From assembly GCA_023334545.1 (NCBI GenBank), contig JAADVB010000010.1, positions 89,948 through 153,947 of the forward strand: DNA of 64,000 bases. Reading direction: 5' to 3'. Numbering within the stretch: the first letter of the stretch is position 1; the number at the start of each line of letters is the position of its first letter. The position numbers and the translations under genes are program-made. Below, piece after piece: positions 34,304 through 46,834 of the stretch. The stretch is from Salisapilia sapeloensis CBS 127946. Its lineage: Eukaryota > Protista > Oomycota. The notes beneath the pieces were generated by a model, which saw only the letters and a list, made by a program, of their open reading frames with translations, was not told where the DNA came from and made no database searches.

Positions 34304-35595
34304 TCATTTCGTTTTCATCTTTTTCAACGGATATAGAGCTCCTTGAGGCGCACCGCAACTAGCATGCACTTCATCCCATCCGTTCATCCAACACACAAAA
34401 GGCTGAGGGACTTTCGACGCATCCATGCCGTCCAGCAACGGACGCAGCTTGAGACATTCGACGCATTGCACGGCCTGTCGACGCGGCTTGACGTCGTCGT
34501 CAAGTGTCTCCACTGGTCGTTTATGAGCGGCAACGGCTTTCTCCATGCGCTGCATACGAGCTGAGAAGCTGGCAGCGTACTGTCGCTCACGGTAATCGAC
34601 GAGGTCCGACCCAGACAGCAGCACCAGCGGTTTTTCTTCCACTGCAGAGCATTTCTACAGTTTTCATTGTCAGTGTCTTGCTATGTGGATAGAGAAGAGG
34701 TACGAGTACATTGTGCTTCTTGTCCCACCGGTTCATCTTGCAGTACCAGACAGTCGGTAGCGACTCTACATTGACATGATCTACACCATTCACTCATCAG
34801 TCAACATGCTTCATGACATAGTGCTACGATTTCTATACTCGGAAGTCGTCTCCATTTCTGACACTTGTCACATTGGATCCAGTCGTCTTGCTTGCCGATT
34901 TTAGGCGCACTGCTTTCAATCTCTTTCCGATGGAACGCTGTCGTACGCGTCTCCACCGTCATGGCCGGCACGTCGTCCTCCTCCTCTCTCTCTACACTCG
35001 GCATCCCACTGTCTTCCTGTTCTGATTCGTTCGTAGACTCTATCTCGTCTCTACTTTCATACGAAGTGTCTTCACTCTCTCGTGTCTGTTCGTCATCACT
35101 GATGATCTCGACCTTTAAATCGTAATGCTTGATGATCTCCTTCTCGTCATTCATAGGCGCAATCGTCGGAAACAGACCATTCAAGTAGCTGACTCTGTCG
35201 TCTATGATGCTCCGAACTTCTGCATCGCTCTGGTCGTTCCGAAGTGGCCTCGATTCTGTCTTTAGTGGTATAAACTCATCCTTCACACGAGACTTTCGAC
35301 CGTGTTTGGTGATATTCTGCTTTGGACTAGTCTTTTTAGCGACAGAAGTACGTTGGAACTCTTCAAAGATTGACTTGCGGAGCTTTAATAAAGCTGCCTT
35401 GCGATTTAGCTCGATGGTTCGTTCATCTTTTCCTCTGCGATATAAAATCTCATGGTCTTTCGTGTGCTGGAGAACGCGATGTGCATCGACGGCGCTAGGC
35501 TTAAAGATCGTCACGTCGTCGAGTGCTAGATCTCGCCTCGACAATGGCTGAATGATGTACACATCCACCGTTTCGCTCACAAAGTCGTCTGCCAT
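34304..35595 (-). CDS. Protein with two CW-type zinc fingers (3 exons)
   Basis: WIQCDKCQKWRRLP|NHVNVESLPTVWYCKMNRWDKKHN|KCSAVEE and AVQCVECLKLRPL...FVCWMNGWDEVHASCGAPQ. Confidence 0.85.
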
Positions 35596-35703
35596 ACCAC
35601 CACGAGCTATTCCTAGTGTCTACAGTTGCAAATGTGCATAGGAGGGACATAAATTTACAAATGTACAAACACAGCATTTTATCAGAAGCTCATCATCGAC
35701 GAT

Positions 35704-36168
35704 ATGGAGACGTATGTGTTCGTTTACGGAACGCTCAAGCGCGGCTTTTTCAACTACAACAAGTACCTAGATCCGGCAGAGAAGGCTGATAAAGCTCGCT
35801 TCATTGGGGAGGCCAAGACGTCGAACCCGTCGTTCAATCTTGTCCTCAAGAAGGATCGCTACGTCCCATGTCTGTACCGAGCTGAGAATTCATCGGAAGG
35901 ATACCAAGTCCCTGGAGAAGTCTATCTTGTTGACAATGAGACGCTAGAAGTGCTGGACATTTTGGAAGGTGTAAAGGAAAAAATGTACAACCGGGAGACG
36001 GAGCCTGTGGAGATTACGTCCGGTGATCGTTCGGGTGAAAAGGTTGACTGCCAGTGCTACATCATGGATATCTCGGAAGCCCTTACATCTCAGGAGAAAA
36101 TCTACGACTATACTGCTGAGATGCACAAAGGATATAAGAGCAGAAAAGATGCTCCCAAGGCGAATTAA
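35704..36168 (+). CDS. GGACT: Gamma-glutamylcyclotransferase / AIG2-like protein
   Basis: YVFVYGTLKRG, VPGEVY, LDILEG and YNRE motifs. Confidence 0.85.
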   Translation: METYVFVYGTLKRGFFNYNKYLDPAEKADKARFIGEAKTSNPSFNLVLKKDRYVPCLYRAENSSEGYQVPGEVYLVDNETLEVLDILEGVKEKMYNRETEPVEITSGDRSGEKVDCQCYIMDISEALTSQEKIYDYTAEMHKGYKSRKDAPKAN

Positions 36169-36501
36169 AAGAGGAAGAAGAGTAAATAAAAAGAGTGGGA
36201 AAGCCTCGGCTTTAAAAACTCCTTTTTCTTTACTAATGTAAACTTCTGTGATAACTCTTTTTGTTTTTCCATTGTCGACAACTACTCGATCTATTTGGTA
36301 GAAGCTACCTAAGGCTTGTTAGGATCGAGTGGAAAAATATCGAAAGGATAAAGATCTTAGATTCGTCAGCTATCTACTCAAACCATTCAGTTTAAGATGC
36401 GTTGATCGTTTCTCGCCCTGGGGACCATAGTATATGAGCTAAAAATAAAAGCTATCTTGGATTACCACAACTTGGCTGACAGCAAGAAATCATTTGCAGC
36501 A

Positions 36502-39031
36502 ATGGCTAAGGTTCAGGATGAGACGCCAAATGACAACAATGCAAATCCAACCACGCACGCTTTAAATACTCAAGACAATGCTTATAAATCGACTCAAACA
36601 GCGAGAGCTGCATGTGCCATAATGGGGTGTATACTACGACCATCGTCGTTCTATCGGACATTTGGTCACTATGGCATTCCACTTGTCATAGTGACCACTG
36701 TCTCGATGCTCTGGACGATGTGGCTTACCGTTTTGAACATGGATCCAAATTTTGCAGCAAACGCACTTGCTAGAACGGACGCTTATGACGGTGGAGGATT
36801 TTGGATGATTGTTGAGCCTGATGCAACCTTCAAGATCATCATAGTCGCAACATTACTGATCGTAGTGCTCTCTTATATGAATGTACTTCGACTACTGTTG
36901 TTTCACGATCGATCAAAAGAGCAGTCAGTCTTAGCTTTGATACGTTCACTCAGTTCTACTGCTGAGAATTTCACTCGAAGTTCAAAAAAAGACACGAAAT
37001 CGATGCTTTATTCTGCATGGAAGAGTGTCACTGGGTACGAGGGCAAGTATCGACGAATCTGGGTATGAGCACATTATTTACTGGCAGTTTATACCTAATT
37101 ACCAGCTACTCAATACTCATGACTGTAGAATGTTTTCCTTAAATGTGGAGATTTAATCATGCAGTCAATTACACTCTATCGCATGATGGAGGATGGCACT
37201 GCAACGGAGTTGATATATTGCTGTGGAGTGCTCATATCGCTAAACTCACTCTCTTGTGCAAGTCTCATCCTATTCGGTAGAGAAACCTCCGCCATTTCAG
37301 AAATAGTGCTCGACTCGGTGTACGTTAGAATTTTTGGTATCCACAAGATCAAACTTATTAATATGTTTCTATAGGTTTGATATGATGACTGCGGTCGGGT
37401 TCCCGCTCACCTCCATGTTGTTCGCATATTATAATCTTCAATTGAACCACGATGAACTTCAACTTCGGATGGAGGCTTTCAACCCGGGGGCGTTCGAACG
37501 GCACATTAGACTGTATGCGGATCCAATTAAAGCTACCCGCTTTCGAATGAGCTTCGCAGCAAAGCAAATTACATCCTTTATGGATTATATGGTAGATATT
37601 TGCATCAACTTGGCGTTTTGTCATCGTCTTACGAGATTGACATTGGTCTTAAAACGCAAAGCGATCGCTCAGGAACAAAGGCTTAAAAAGCCACAACAAA
37701 TAGTGCAGAAATCAAGTGTTCCCGGAAGTCGCGTACAGGCGCGAGTGCCCAAGGCCGCAGCCGTGATTTTCCTTGTTACTTCAGCCATGACACTTTATAT
37801 TCCCAGTGACGCGATCTCAAGATCGACTGCGGCTTGCTCTCCTCATCCTCAATGTGTCACATACGCTTACCGGTGGACATCAATGGACAGTTGCCCTTGT
37901 ATAGGCCTCGTAGACGTTGATCGAGCAATCAAAACGTATGAAGAGTGGATCAACCCGAAGGACTCGACTGCTATTGTAAGGGAACTCGCAAGGTCGCACT
38001 ATCTCCAAATTATGATGATTGTGAATCGTCAATTGGAATTCTTACCAGAAGAGCTACAATACTGTACACGTCTGAAAGCACTGTAAGTATCTTTTGTATA
38101 AATATCTAACGCAATAATACAGATAAGCTCACTGTTGTTGTCAGATACCTCGTGTACACTGGCGTGACGGAGATCCCCGATTGGTTTGGCAACCTAGAGA
38201 ATCTCGAAATTCTGTAAGTACATATAAACCTTTTTACAAATATATCACTCAAAGCTAAAACGTCATCTTTGATTTCACCTCAGGCATATAGAAGGAAGAT
38301 CAATAGACACAAACCTTGTCAAGATGGATGAGAACGCTATGAAAAGGAAAAAGTGGCTTACATACTTTCACCTCGGTGTCCATTCCAACCTACGAAGCGT
38401 CCCTTCTCTTGATGACTCAAAGGACTTACGCTTTATATCTCTAGCATATCTATTTAAACTGGAGAAGCTACCTTCCTTCAAAGTCTTACACAACCTAGAG
38501 AACTTTATTGTCGCATACGCTCCTCGATTAACCTATCTTCCAGACATGGGATCTGTGCGAGAGTTGTCAGTCTTTGCTGTTAACTTGCCGGTGCCAGTTT
38601 GCTGCAATGGGTTCATGGGGCGATGCAACCCAAGCCATCCCTATTGTACAGGACACTCCCCGAGTGGGGTGCCTCCATCGCCATGTTTGGAAGAAAACTC
38701 GCCATTGAAGGCTACACCAGCTACACTCCAGTTAATGGCAGCACACAACCACAGTATATGTCTTCCTCCTAAAATGGAGGCAAATCCGAGTACGTTTCCA
38801 CCAACAAAGGCTAATATTGAAATATGCAATGGAACAATGTTCAAGGAATGCTATGTGACAGAGTCGCATATGAACGCAACTGTGATATATCCTGGTATCT
38901 GCTATCCATCTAGAATGCGCGTCATATACTGTGCAACTAGTCCCTACCTTATTCCCTTTCGAAAGAAGCAAATTGCACTAAACATTGGAGCTCCATGTGA
39001 CAAAGACGTAGAGTCATGGCTAGGATGTTAG
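36502..39031 (+). CDS. Oomycete multi-TM protein with leucine-rich repeats and C-terminal WLGC motif (about 5 exons)
   Basis: TM exons (36502-~37063, ~37130-37315, ~37377-38082), CPCIGLVD, LRR-like LEKLPSFKVLHNLENF, CCNGF, ending SWLGC*. Confidence 0.8.
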
Positions 39032-39732
39032 ACGCAAATTCGCCAGAGCATCTTAAGTATCCATTTTTCAAAGCGTATATGCGAACGATGGGATTGGTGC
39101 ACAAAGAGTTTTCCTCGTAAGGTAATAATTATTATAAAGACAAGTTGGATACATACTGGTGTCGCAACCTTTTCAATCGATAATGCGTTACAGCGTCAGT
39201 ATTGAGTTGCTCGTGTTACATAAGCATTTACAAAGTAAGTCAATTAATCCTGGGCCCTACCACGTTTACCGTTCGTCTCTTTGTCAGAGTTTTTATGCAT
39301 TTGATAGACAGATCATTATATCCTGTCGTCAGATTTAGCAGTCTGAGAAGTGTATATCTGCCTCTAATCAGCGTTAATACCAAGACTCAACAAGATAGTG
39401 TACACTACAGGAATTTTATTGGTGCTTTATCACATATCATATTTGTCACTCATGAGGAAATTGATCGTTTTCAGTGGTTGTTGATAAATTCATATTCGAA
39501 TGAAGCCCTTTCGGCAGAGCTACCAGTCTTGACTATACAGTTGGTGGCAGCTGGAGTGATAAAGACAACTTGATCGTTGGGAAGAGCGGGAGTTCAAATT
39601 AAAAGTGACCCTTGCTTCCTGTAGCTATAAAACTATAGATGTAGATGCAACGAATAGTACTTCAAATGATTCGTAAAGCTATCAGCATGTCTTTGATTTA
39701 AACGGCATATACTCTAGCCCAAGCTGAAAGGT

Positions 39733-40680
39733 CTACTTCGGGTCCAATGGCAACAAAGCTGCAGCAACTTTACGTTCCTCGGCATTCAAAATGTTGAAGG
39801 TAGCGCATGCATTAAGCTGCAGCAAAGTAAATATTAATATTTGCTTTGAAATTGTACGCGATGGGTAAAAGGACATGAAAACGAACCGAATCAATGTACT
39901 CGACGACAATACCACTCGTTTTCAAGTACTCTTGTAGCTCTGGATCAAGCTGCTTTTGAATACGAGATCCACAGCCAAGGAGCAGAATTTCTAAAAGTGC
40001 ACATTGTGAGTTTTTGTGAAATGCTGCTTGTAAGAGCAAACGAGTGAACCGATTGGAGGGTTGATTTTGGTAAAAACGGTCAAGCTCTCTTTGGTGATCT
40101 CCTCAAAGCGCTTCGGTTTCCATAGCTATTTCCAGTGATGATTTTCAAAGTGAGTGTTAATTGTGAACATGGCTGTAGGTGTGATATGCTGTACCATGGC
40201 CATCTGAGGTAATAACGCAACACCACCACGCATGTTCTACATTGCAAATTCAAGTAAGCTCATTAAAGTTTTGGCACAGAAGCTGACAATCATTGAGCTT
40301 GGACAGTGTCCAAGTCAAGGTAGTCACAATGAAATCTAGGAGGTAACTTACGATGCCATTCACGACGAATCCGCCTTCATCGTACTCACCAATAGTCACC
40401 TTTGCTGACTCTGCCATCATGTCCTATATCATATATATCGTCAGCGTCAAATTGCAAAACGTACACGAATATGAAGTGAATATGCGTGCATTCTGGTGGT
40501 CACGTCTTTCATTCCCGACCAATTGTCCAAGTAATGACCACAAATGACTAGTTATTGTAATATCAAGAAATAGATAGCTACCGCATGAATGTCGTGCCCA
40601 TAGTTGATGCTTCTGGCAGTGGCTCTGACGGGATTTATGAGCCTCCGGTCGCTTCGCAGCACTGATCGTAGTGCGAGCAT
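39733..40680 (-). CDS. NDUFAF3: Mth938-domain protein / NDUFAF3-like complex I assembly factor, multi-exon
   Basis: Arg-rich presequence-like start MLALRSVLRSDRRL. Exons encode EYDEGGFVVNGI, VALLP, LWKPKRFEEITKESL, EILLLGCG, NACATFNILNAEERKVAAALLP. Confidence 0.8.
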
Positions 40681-41963
40681 GTTTGTTGTCCTATATTGTG
40701 TAAATTATGTCGACATTCGAGCAACTTCACCGGATGTAGACACGATCTACGCGACGCTTATCAAGAAGTCTATGAGCGGATACTGAAATTTCGAATGAGG
40801 TCGTTTGCAGGTTTATAGACGTACTTGAGCTGCATTTGTCGGTACTTTGATTGTTAAATGTACAAATTGATCCTGAGGGAACTGATGTATGCCCTATAAT
40901 CCTTTCGTATGTCATTACTCCGATCAAGGTCTGCATGAAGCTCATCGCTCAAACGGATGCTGCTACTAGCATGCATGGTGTCTCTGATGTTCGATGTACT
41001 ATTTAGGCTTCGATGCAAATCGACCTTAAACTGGAAAACCTCAATATTGATCTCTTGTTATGTGAGAGCTCAGAAGTTTTCGTTTTCATTGACAGAGCAA
41101 TGGATACTATTAACACTTCCTACTTCCAAATCAAAAATCATTCATAATGAATGTTGTCAGTAACAACAATATAAAGCAATGATAGTTCACATGAACTTGA
41201 AGTACAGAACATTGAATAATCGTATGCAAGTATCGTAGGCCAATCGAGTCGATGATCATTTACTATTCGCCGCCATCCACCCAAACTCAATGAGTCCGTG
41301 TTGTTTTGGAGCAACACCTCACATTATCTCGATCTCGAGTTCCCTACTTAGCAAAAGTTGAGCACGTATAAACTTCATTTCGCTTTTACCTGAAGATTAT
41401 AGTCGCGATCGAAATGAACTAAATCGAACTTCAGATCATTAATGCCATATTCTCTTTATGTGGTAATGCAGCGGTGATTTGGCGCGTTCAGCACGTTGAG
41501 AGACCAGTAGACTTGGACATGAGCACGCTACTTAAGCGTAAAGCAGTGGAAACACCTCGAATAAACGCTATTTCGAACATGCAGTGCCTTTACAAAGGTT
41601 CACATAGAGCTCGTGTGTGAGTATCACTAGCCTCTCCTCCAACTGACGTTTATTTTAATCAAAATTAGACTAGAAATGGAGTTCTGTATGCCTAGTATCA
41701 TACGATGAATATGCCCTAGCTTGCAAACTCGATCAGCCAAACTCTTTACTCCACTTCCAGTGACCTTGAAATTTATAAATCAGGAAGCATGTACATTATT
41801 TCGTACCTTTAGTGCTAGACAGAGCCACAACGATAGGAAATGCCCACGTGTGCATCAACAAGATATAAGCGAGCTTTATAGATTTGCAATCAAAATGTAG
41901 GAAGAGTATAGAGAAGATCACAATGCTGACAATGTTTTTGTCGAGTTGATATGAAATCAATGT

Positions 41964-42572
41964 TTATTGTGCACCAGGGAATTCAGCTGCAACGTCATAC
42001 CGCTTCGGCTGCCTCTTCTTCCGTGTCGATCGTCTCACGGTCGTAAAGCCATCTTCATCCACTTCCGGTTCCGCCTTCTCCTCTTCCATTCCTTCATCCT
42101 CTCCACCTTCTTCTTCTTCTTGCATCTCCTCGCTTCGTAGCTTGGCCTTTTTCAAGTCGATCGGCATCATGTTCTGCACATTTTCATGCAATTCCTTCAC
42201 TCGGTTGTAATTGCCAGCCTTGCATTCGTCCGCCAGTGACACCAAAAGCTCTGAGATGTCTTCGATACTGTGGTCTTCACAAACGAGTCCGAACTGCTCT
42301 TCCACGTACTCGGTGATATTCATCGCCAAGTCATCGGCGTAGATAGTCTTGTTGTACTTAAACAGCGTCAATATCTCTTCATTCAGAATCTCCGCTTTTC
42401 GTCGAGTGTCTCCGCCACCCCACTCGCCTTCCAACGCCATACGAAGCGCCGTCCATCTTGCCAACACCAGTGTCGTAGCATACTCGAAAATATCCCATGG
42501 AGAGTTCAATTTCCCTTCGGCAAAGGCCGTACTCTTCTCCTGCGCACTCGATAGGAAGACGTACTCACTCAT
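41964..42572 (-). CDS. TSR2: Pre-rRNA-processing protein TSR2
   Basis: LARWTALRMALEGEWGG, FGLVCEDHSIEDISELL, acidic tail and VDEDGFTTV. An alternative in-frame ATG lies at 42617. Confidence 0.85.
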   Translation of the reverse strand: MSEYVFLSSAQEKSTAFAEGKLNSPWDIFEYATTLVLARWTALRMALEGEWGGGDTRRKAEILNEEILTLFKYNKTIYADDLAMNITEYVEEQFGLVCEDHSIEDISELLVSLADECKAGNYNRVKELHENVQNMMPIDLKKAKLRSEEMQEEEEGGEDEGMEEEKAEPEVDEDGFTTVRRSTRKKRQPKRYDVAAEFPGAQ

Positions 42573-42617
42573 GCTCCAGTCGATTTTTGAAGTTGAAAAA
42601 AGAAATAAATGGTACAT

Positions 42618-44183
42618 TCATGGTTCACTTAGGTCTCTCTTCCTCTTTTCCCGCTGCTTGCGGCGCTTCGACCGTCGCTCCTCGACTTGCTCTTCAAAGC
42701 CTCGCTCCCGTAGTCGCATGCGACTAACCGTGATGGCAGTCGTGACATCGTTTAGTAGTTTTAGCACATCCTCTTCCTCCACTTCTTCTTCCATGTTGCT
42801 CAACTGTTTTCCAATGCCTTTCTCCACATTTTGCAGCAACTCAATGTCGTTCTGACTAACTAGCGCGACGGACTGACCTTGTCGTCCAGCTCGAGCCGTT
42901 CGACCGACGCGATGGATATAGTCGTCGCTGTCTCGAGGGATATCAAAGTTGACGACGTAATCTACTTCTGGGATGTCCAGTCCTCGACTAGCAACGTCCG
43001 TGCTGATGAGAATGGAGCTCTGTCCGCTTTTGAACTTGCCTAGAGCAGCCAGTCGGCGGTTCTGCGACATCATCGAGTGGAGTGTCAGGCTCGATAGATT
43101 CAGCTCTCTTGCCACTTCTCCCAATAGTTCACACTTGGCACATGTAGACACGAATACCATGACGAGCTTTCCATTCGTGCCAGACGATGTGCCATTTGCA
43201 GCAGCTTTCTTGGACGATGAAAGTGCTAGTTGCTCTAACTTTTTCGCATGCACCTTTTTGTGCTTTGTCGATTTCTTCGTCTGCTCTAACTCTTCACTTG
43301 GACTCCAGAGTGACAGCAAGTACATGAGATACACTAGCTTCACTTTCTCTGGAATGAACAGATACTTTTGGTCCAACGTTTCAACCGTCTTCACTAGCTT
43401 GCCCTGACTGGCATTCACGTCCACACGAACGACTTGATCGTCCGTCAGACGCTCTAATTTCTCTAGATTAGCTGTCATTGTAGCTGAAAACAGAAGAGTC
43501 TTTCGTTTGCTCGAGTCTGGGACTGCATTCAAAATGTACTCCAAGTCCTCATGGAACGACTGTTGCAGCAGTCGATCTGCTTCATCCAGAACTAGGTACT
43601 TTAGGATCGAAAGGTTGGGAGCACTCGGACGCATAAGATGGTCGTGCATCCGTCCTGGTGTTGCAATGATCACATGAGGTTGGTTCTGTAGCTCCAGTGC
43701 TTGCGTGAGCATGTCCACGCCACCGACGATGACAGAGACTCGAGCACCGATAGCACTTCCAAATGCACGGAATTGGTCTGCCAACTGGAAAGCCAGCTCT
43801 CTGGTTGGAGTTAGCACAAGCGCAAATGGACCGTACGGGTCTTTGCTCAAGTCCTGCAGGATGGGAAGAGCGAAGGCTGCCGTCTTACCACTACCTGTTT
43901 GGGCACATCCTAAAACATCTCTGCCTTGTAAAATACTTGGAATCGTCTTGCGTTGAATGTCTGTCGGAGTCTGTAGTCCTAATAGCTCACATTTCTTGAC
44001 CATCCAAGCATCAAGACCGAGTGATGCGAAGGACGCAAGCTGATCATCATCTTCCGACACCGCTTTGGAAGTGCTAATTGGTTCGACAGCAGATTTATCT
44101 TCTCCAGTCAGTACTTTAGCTACATCTGCATTGTTAGAGGTCTTGGCAACCTTGTTGCGTCGACGGCCGAAGAGTACACTCAT
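42618..44183 (-). CDS. DDX49: DEAD-box RNA helicase DDX49/Dbp8
   Basis: AQTGSGKT, PTRELA, LSKDPYGPFALVL, ATPGR, DEAD, SAT, RGLDIP, HRVGRTARAG, QNRRLAALGKFKSG. Likely start MSVLFG (44183). Confidence 0.9.
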   Translation of the reverse strand: MSVLFGRRRNKVAKTSNNADVAKVLTGEDKSAVEPISTSKAVSEDDDQLASFASLGLDAWMVKKCELLGLQTPTDIQRKTIPSILQGRDVLGCAQTGSGKTAAFALPILQDLSKDPYGPFALVLTPTRELAFQLADQFRAFGSAIGARVSVIVGGVDMLTQALELQNQPHVIIATPGRMHDHLMRPSAPNLSILKYLVLDEADRLLQQSFHEDLEYILNAVPDSSKRKTLLFSATMTANLEKLERLTDDQVVRVDVNASQGKLVKTVETLDQKYLFIPEKVKLVYLMYLLSLWSPSEELEQTKKSTKHKKVHAKKLEQLALSSSKKAAANGTSSGTNGKLVMVFVSTCAKCELLGEVARELNLSSLTLHSMMSQNRRLAALGKFKSGQSSILISTDVASRGLDIPEVDYVVNFDIPRDSDDYIHRVGRTARAGRQGQSVALVSQNDIELLQNVEKGIGKQLSNMEEEVEEEDVLKLLNDVTTAITVSRMRLRERGFEEQVEERRSKRRKQREKRKRDLSEP

Positions 44184-44593
44184 GGGAAGCAGCGACCAAG
44201 TCCTACGACGATGCTTTTTCTGCGTTGTGTCCACCGATATGATTGTCTCAGTATACTGCATCTCTTATCGCATGTCCATAAATAATGATGACTTCAACTA
44301 TTACATCTTTGGCAGTTATCGTCGCCATCGTTACGCTTTTATCATCGGACGCTTATGCTTCTTCTTTTCCATCTTATCTCGATAGTATCGCAATGAGAAG
44401 ACGAGCTGCAGGCTTTGCATGAATGTGTCATCGAGTCGGACCAAACTCCATTATCAGAATGCATCCGAAGCCCTTTTCCACCAATGAAACACCGAAATAA
44501 GGCTTTTGTCAAAATTTTATTGGTTGCTATCCCATCTGGCGTTCGGAGTTGAAAGCTGCCAAATGCTCACAACTTAATATTCCCAGAGGTGCC

Positions 44594-45751
44594 ATGAGTA
44601 TCTGGGCGGACATCTTTACGCCATTGACACAGCACAAGCCATTCCACCACTACACCAACACAGAATCTCAGGAGACGCCACGCAGTACGAGCAGCAACCA
44701 AGGCTTTGCAAAACCGTCAATATACGACCGCTTTCGGCAATTGCTTGGTGATGAAATATCGGAGAAAGCGTTCGAACATCGCTTTCAAATAGGCCAAACT
44801 CTCGGTGTTGGTGCAACGGCGATGGTGGTGGAAGCGATTGACAGGCAACACGATGGTCACAAAGTTGCTCTTAAAATTTTCGACAAAGCTTCACTCATCG
44901 AATGCCGACGGTCGATGGCAGTAGACGGAGCGCATGCACGACAGGAAAAGGCGCATGAACGCGCCACTCGACGTCTTCGGAAATTACTTACAGAAATCGA
45001 AACGCTGTACCACGTTGGATCTCACCCGAACCTCGTGCCGTTCCACGGAGCGATTGAAACAACGCATCGAGTCGTCATCATTTATGATCTAGTAGAAGGC
45101 AGCGATCTGCTCGGACACTTATTAACTCATGGCAAGCTGGACGAAAGTTTGGTTTCCTCTATATTTACTCAGTTGGCGCAAGCACTTGCGCACTGCCACG
45201 ATCGAAATGTCTATCATCGCGACCTGAAACTTGAAAATGTTCTACTCACAACCGATTATCAGGTCAAACTCATTGACTTTGGACTTGCCGAACGTGTTGC
45301 ACCTGGATCCAAAATCACGACCGTCTGTGGCACGCCTCTCTATTGCGGACCAGAGGTGCTGTCATTGCCTTTAGAACGAGCCGCCAACATGCCTGATCTT
45401 GGGTTTCATGGCGGACCAGCTGATGTATGGAGCCTCGGCATCTTGCTCTTTGCTCTTCTCACAGGCTGCGCACCCTTTGATGACTCAGACTACCTACGTT
45501 TGCGAGAACAAGTGTGCAAACACAGCAGTCGTATCCCATACCCAGAAACCATGAGTGACGCTGCGAAAGGACTACTCAAGACCATGCTCGTGTTCGATCC
45601 GGACATGCGGCCATCCATCCACGACCTACTGATGTACGACTGGCAAACAACAGACGTATCAATTGTCAAAGACTTTAGTCGCCGGAAACTCAGCGGTACG
45701 GAAAGCCTCAGTAGCACCGCGAGCTCCAAGTATAGCGACATGGGTCGATAA
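44594..45751 (+). CDS. Ser/Thr protein kinase, CAMK group
   Basis: LGVGATAMV, VALKIF, HRDLKLEN, DFG, CGTPLYCGPE, DVWSLG. Confidence 0.93.
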   Translation: MSIWADIFTPLTQHKPFHHYTNTESQETPRSTSSNQGFAKPSIYDRFRQLLGDEISEKAFEHRFQIGQTLGVGATAMVVEAIDRQHDGHKVALKIFDKASLIECRRSMAVDGAHARQEKAHERATRRLRKLLTEIETLYHVGSHPNLVPFHGAIETTHRVVIIYDLVEGSDLLGHLLTHGKLDESLVSSIFTQLAQALAHCHDRNVYHRDLKLENVLLTTDYQVKLIDFGLAERVAPGSKITTVCGTPLYCGPEVLSLPLERAANMPDLGFHGGPADVWSLGILLFALLTGCAPFDDSDYLRLREQVCKHSSRIPYPETMSDAAKGLLKTMLVFDPDMRPSIHDLLMYDWQTTDVSIVKDFSRRKLSGTESLSSTASSKYSDMGR

Positions 45752-45836
45752 GTATACAATCCAACCTCTAAATGCGTACGTATCTTTTTGCAAAATCAAG
45801 TATAGTATATTGTCTGGAGCTCCTTGTTGCTTCCGG

Positions 45837-46751
45837 TTACGAACTCTGTTGCATCGTTTTGGCCTTGGTCTCTTCCAGCACCAGTCGAGCTTTTTCAGCC
45901 TTCTCCCTCAGCTCCTGCGCTCGTTTCTGCGCTTCCTCTGCTCGTCGCGCAGCCTCCTCTCGCTTCAACCTGGCCGCCGACTTGCTCTCCTCCAACGCTT
46001 TCAGTCGCTCTTCATGCTCACTTTGCAGTCGACTCTGTTCCTGCTGCCAGTCGAACTCGACGCGCTTCACGCTGCTATCGCGCACTTTGTTCACCGCCTG
46101 CGTGGCCTGCTCCCGCATCGTGTCTGCCCTGGACTTGAGCTCTTCTGCCTTCTTTTCTGCAGCCATCCGGCGTGCCGCTGCTTCCTCTCTCTTCTTTTGC
46201 GCCTCCGCCCGCACTCTTTCGCGCTCTTCTTCCAACTTGGCGACTTCAAGTTGCGCCATTTTCTCGTACCGCTCATGCTGCTTTCGCGTGTACTCGTCCG
46301 TTGCGAGACGAGCTTTTTCACGCGCATCAGCCGCACGTTGTTTTGCATCGAGCACGTTCTGGACCGAGTCGTGGCGCTTGGTCTTGGCGCCATGACGCTG
46401 CTTTTCTAATTCCTCGTACTGCCGCACGGCTTCAATCTCCGTTGCACTGAGGTCACTGTCGTATCGCTGTAAAATGCGTTGGTGTTGCTCGTGCTCGGCG
46501 AGCGACGCTGCTTTCACTGCTTCTAGCATCTTTTCTTCTAACGCCTTTTGCGATTCCTCTCGTCGAGCTCGAGCGGATTGTAGATCACTCGCTATATTCG
46601 TCTCATTGTATGGAGACATGTAGTGCGACGAGAAGGACGAGTTCGAGCTTGTGTTACTCGCAAAGGAGTAGCTTCGTTCGCCCGAGTCGGACATGTCGTA
46701 CGATGGCGCAGATGCAGGATAAGCGTTCATTCTTCTTCCCTCGTATTCCAT
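45837..46751 (-). CDS. Coiled-coil protein of unknown function
   Basis: 304-aa ATG-initiated ORF with Ser-rich N-terminus and long E/K/R/A-rich helical region. The overlapping plus-strand ORFs look like its antisense shadow. Confidence 0.7.
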   Translation of the reverse strand: MEYEGRRMNAYPASAPSYDMSDSGERSYSFASNTSSNSSFSSHYMSPYNETNIASDLQSARARREESQKALEEKMLEAVKAASLAEHEQHQRILQRYDSDLSATEIEAVRQYEELEKQRHGAKTKRHDSVQNVLDAKQRAADAREKARLATDEYTRKQHERYEKMAQLEVAKLEEERERVRAEAQKKREEAAARRMAAEKKAEELKSRADTMREQATQAVNKVRDSSVKRVEFDWQQEQSRLQSEHEERLKALEESKSAARLKREEAARRAEEAQKRAQELREKAEKARLVLEETKAKTMQQSS

Positions 46752-46834
46752 TTCTGTGTTTTCTTGTATGACGCTTAAAAATCTTCAAGTCCGACTTTGT
46801 ATGGTCGTGTGACACCTTTAAAATCCACGGAGCG

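Noticed and set aside
45663-46409. Long plus-strand ORFs (248 aa, 207 aa) opposite the coiled-coil gene
   Set aside because: Leu/Ser/Phe-rich composition is the expected antisense shadow of an E/K/R-rich coding strand
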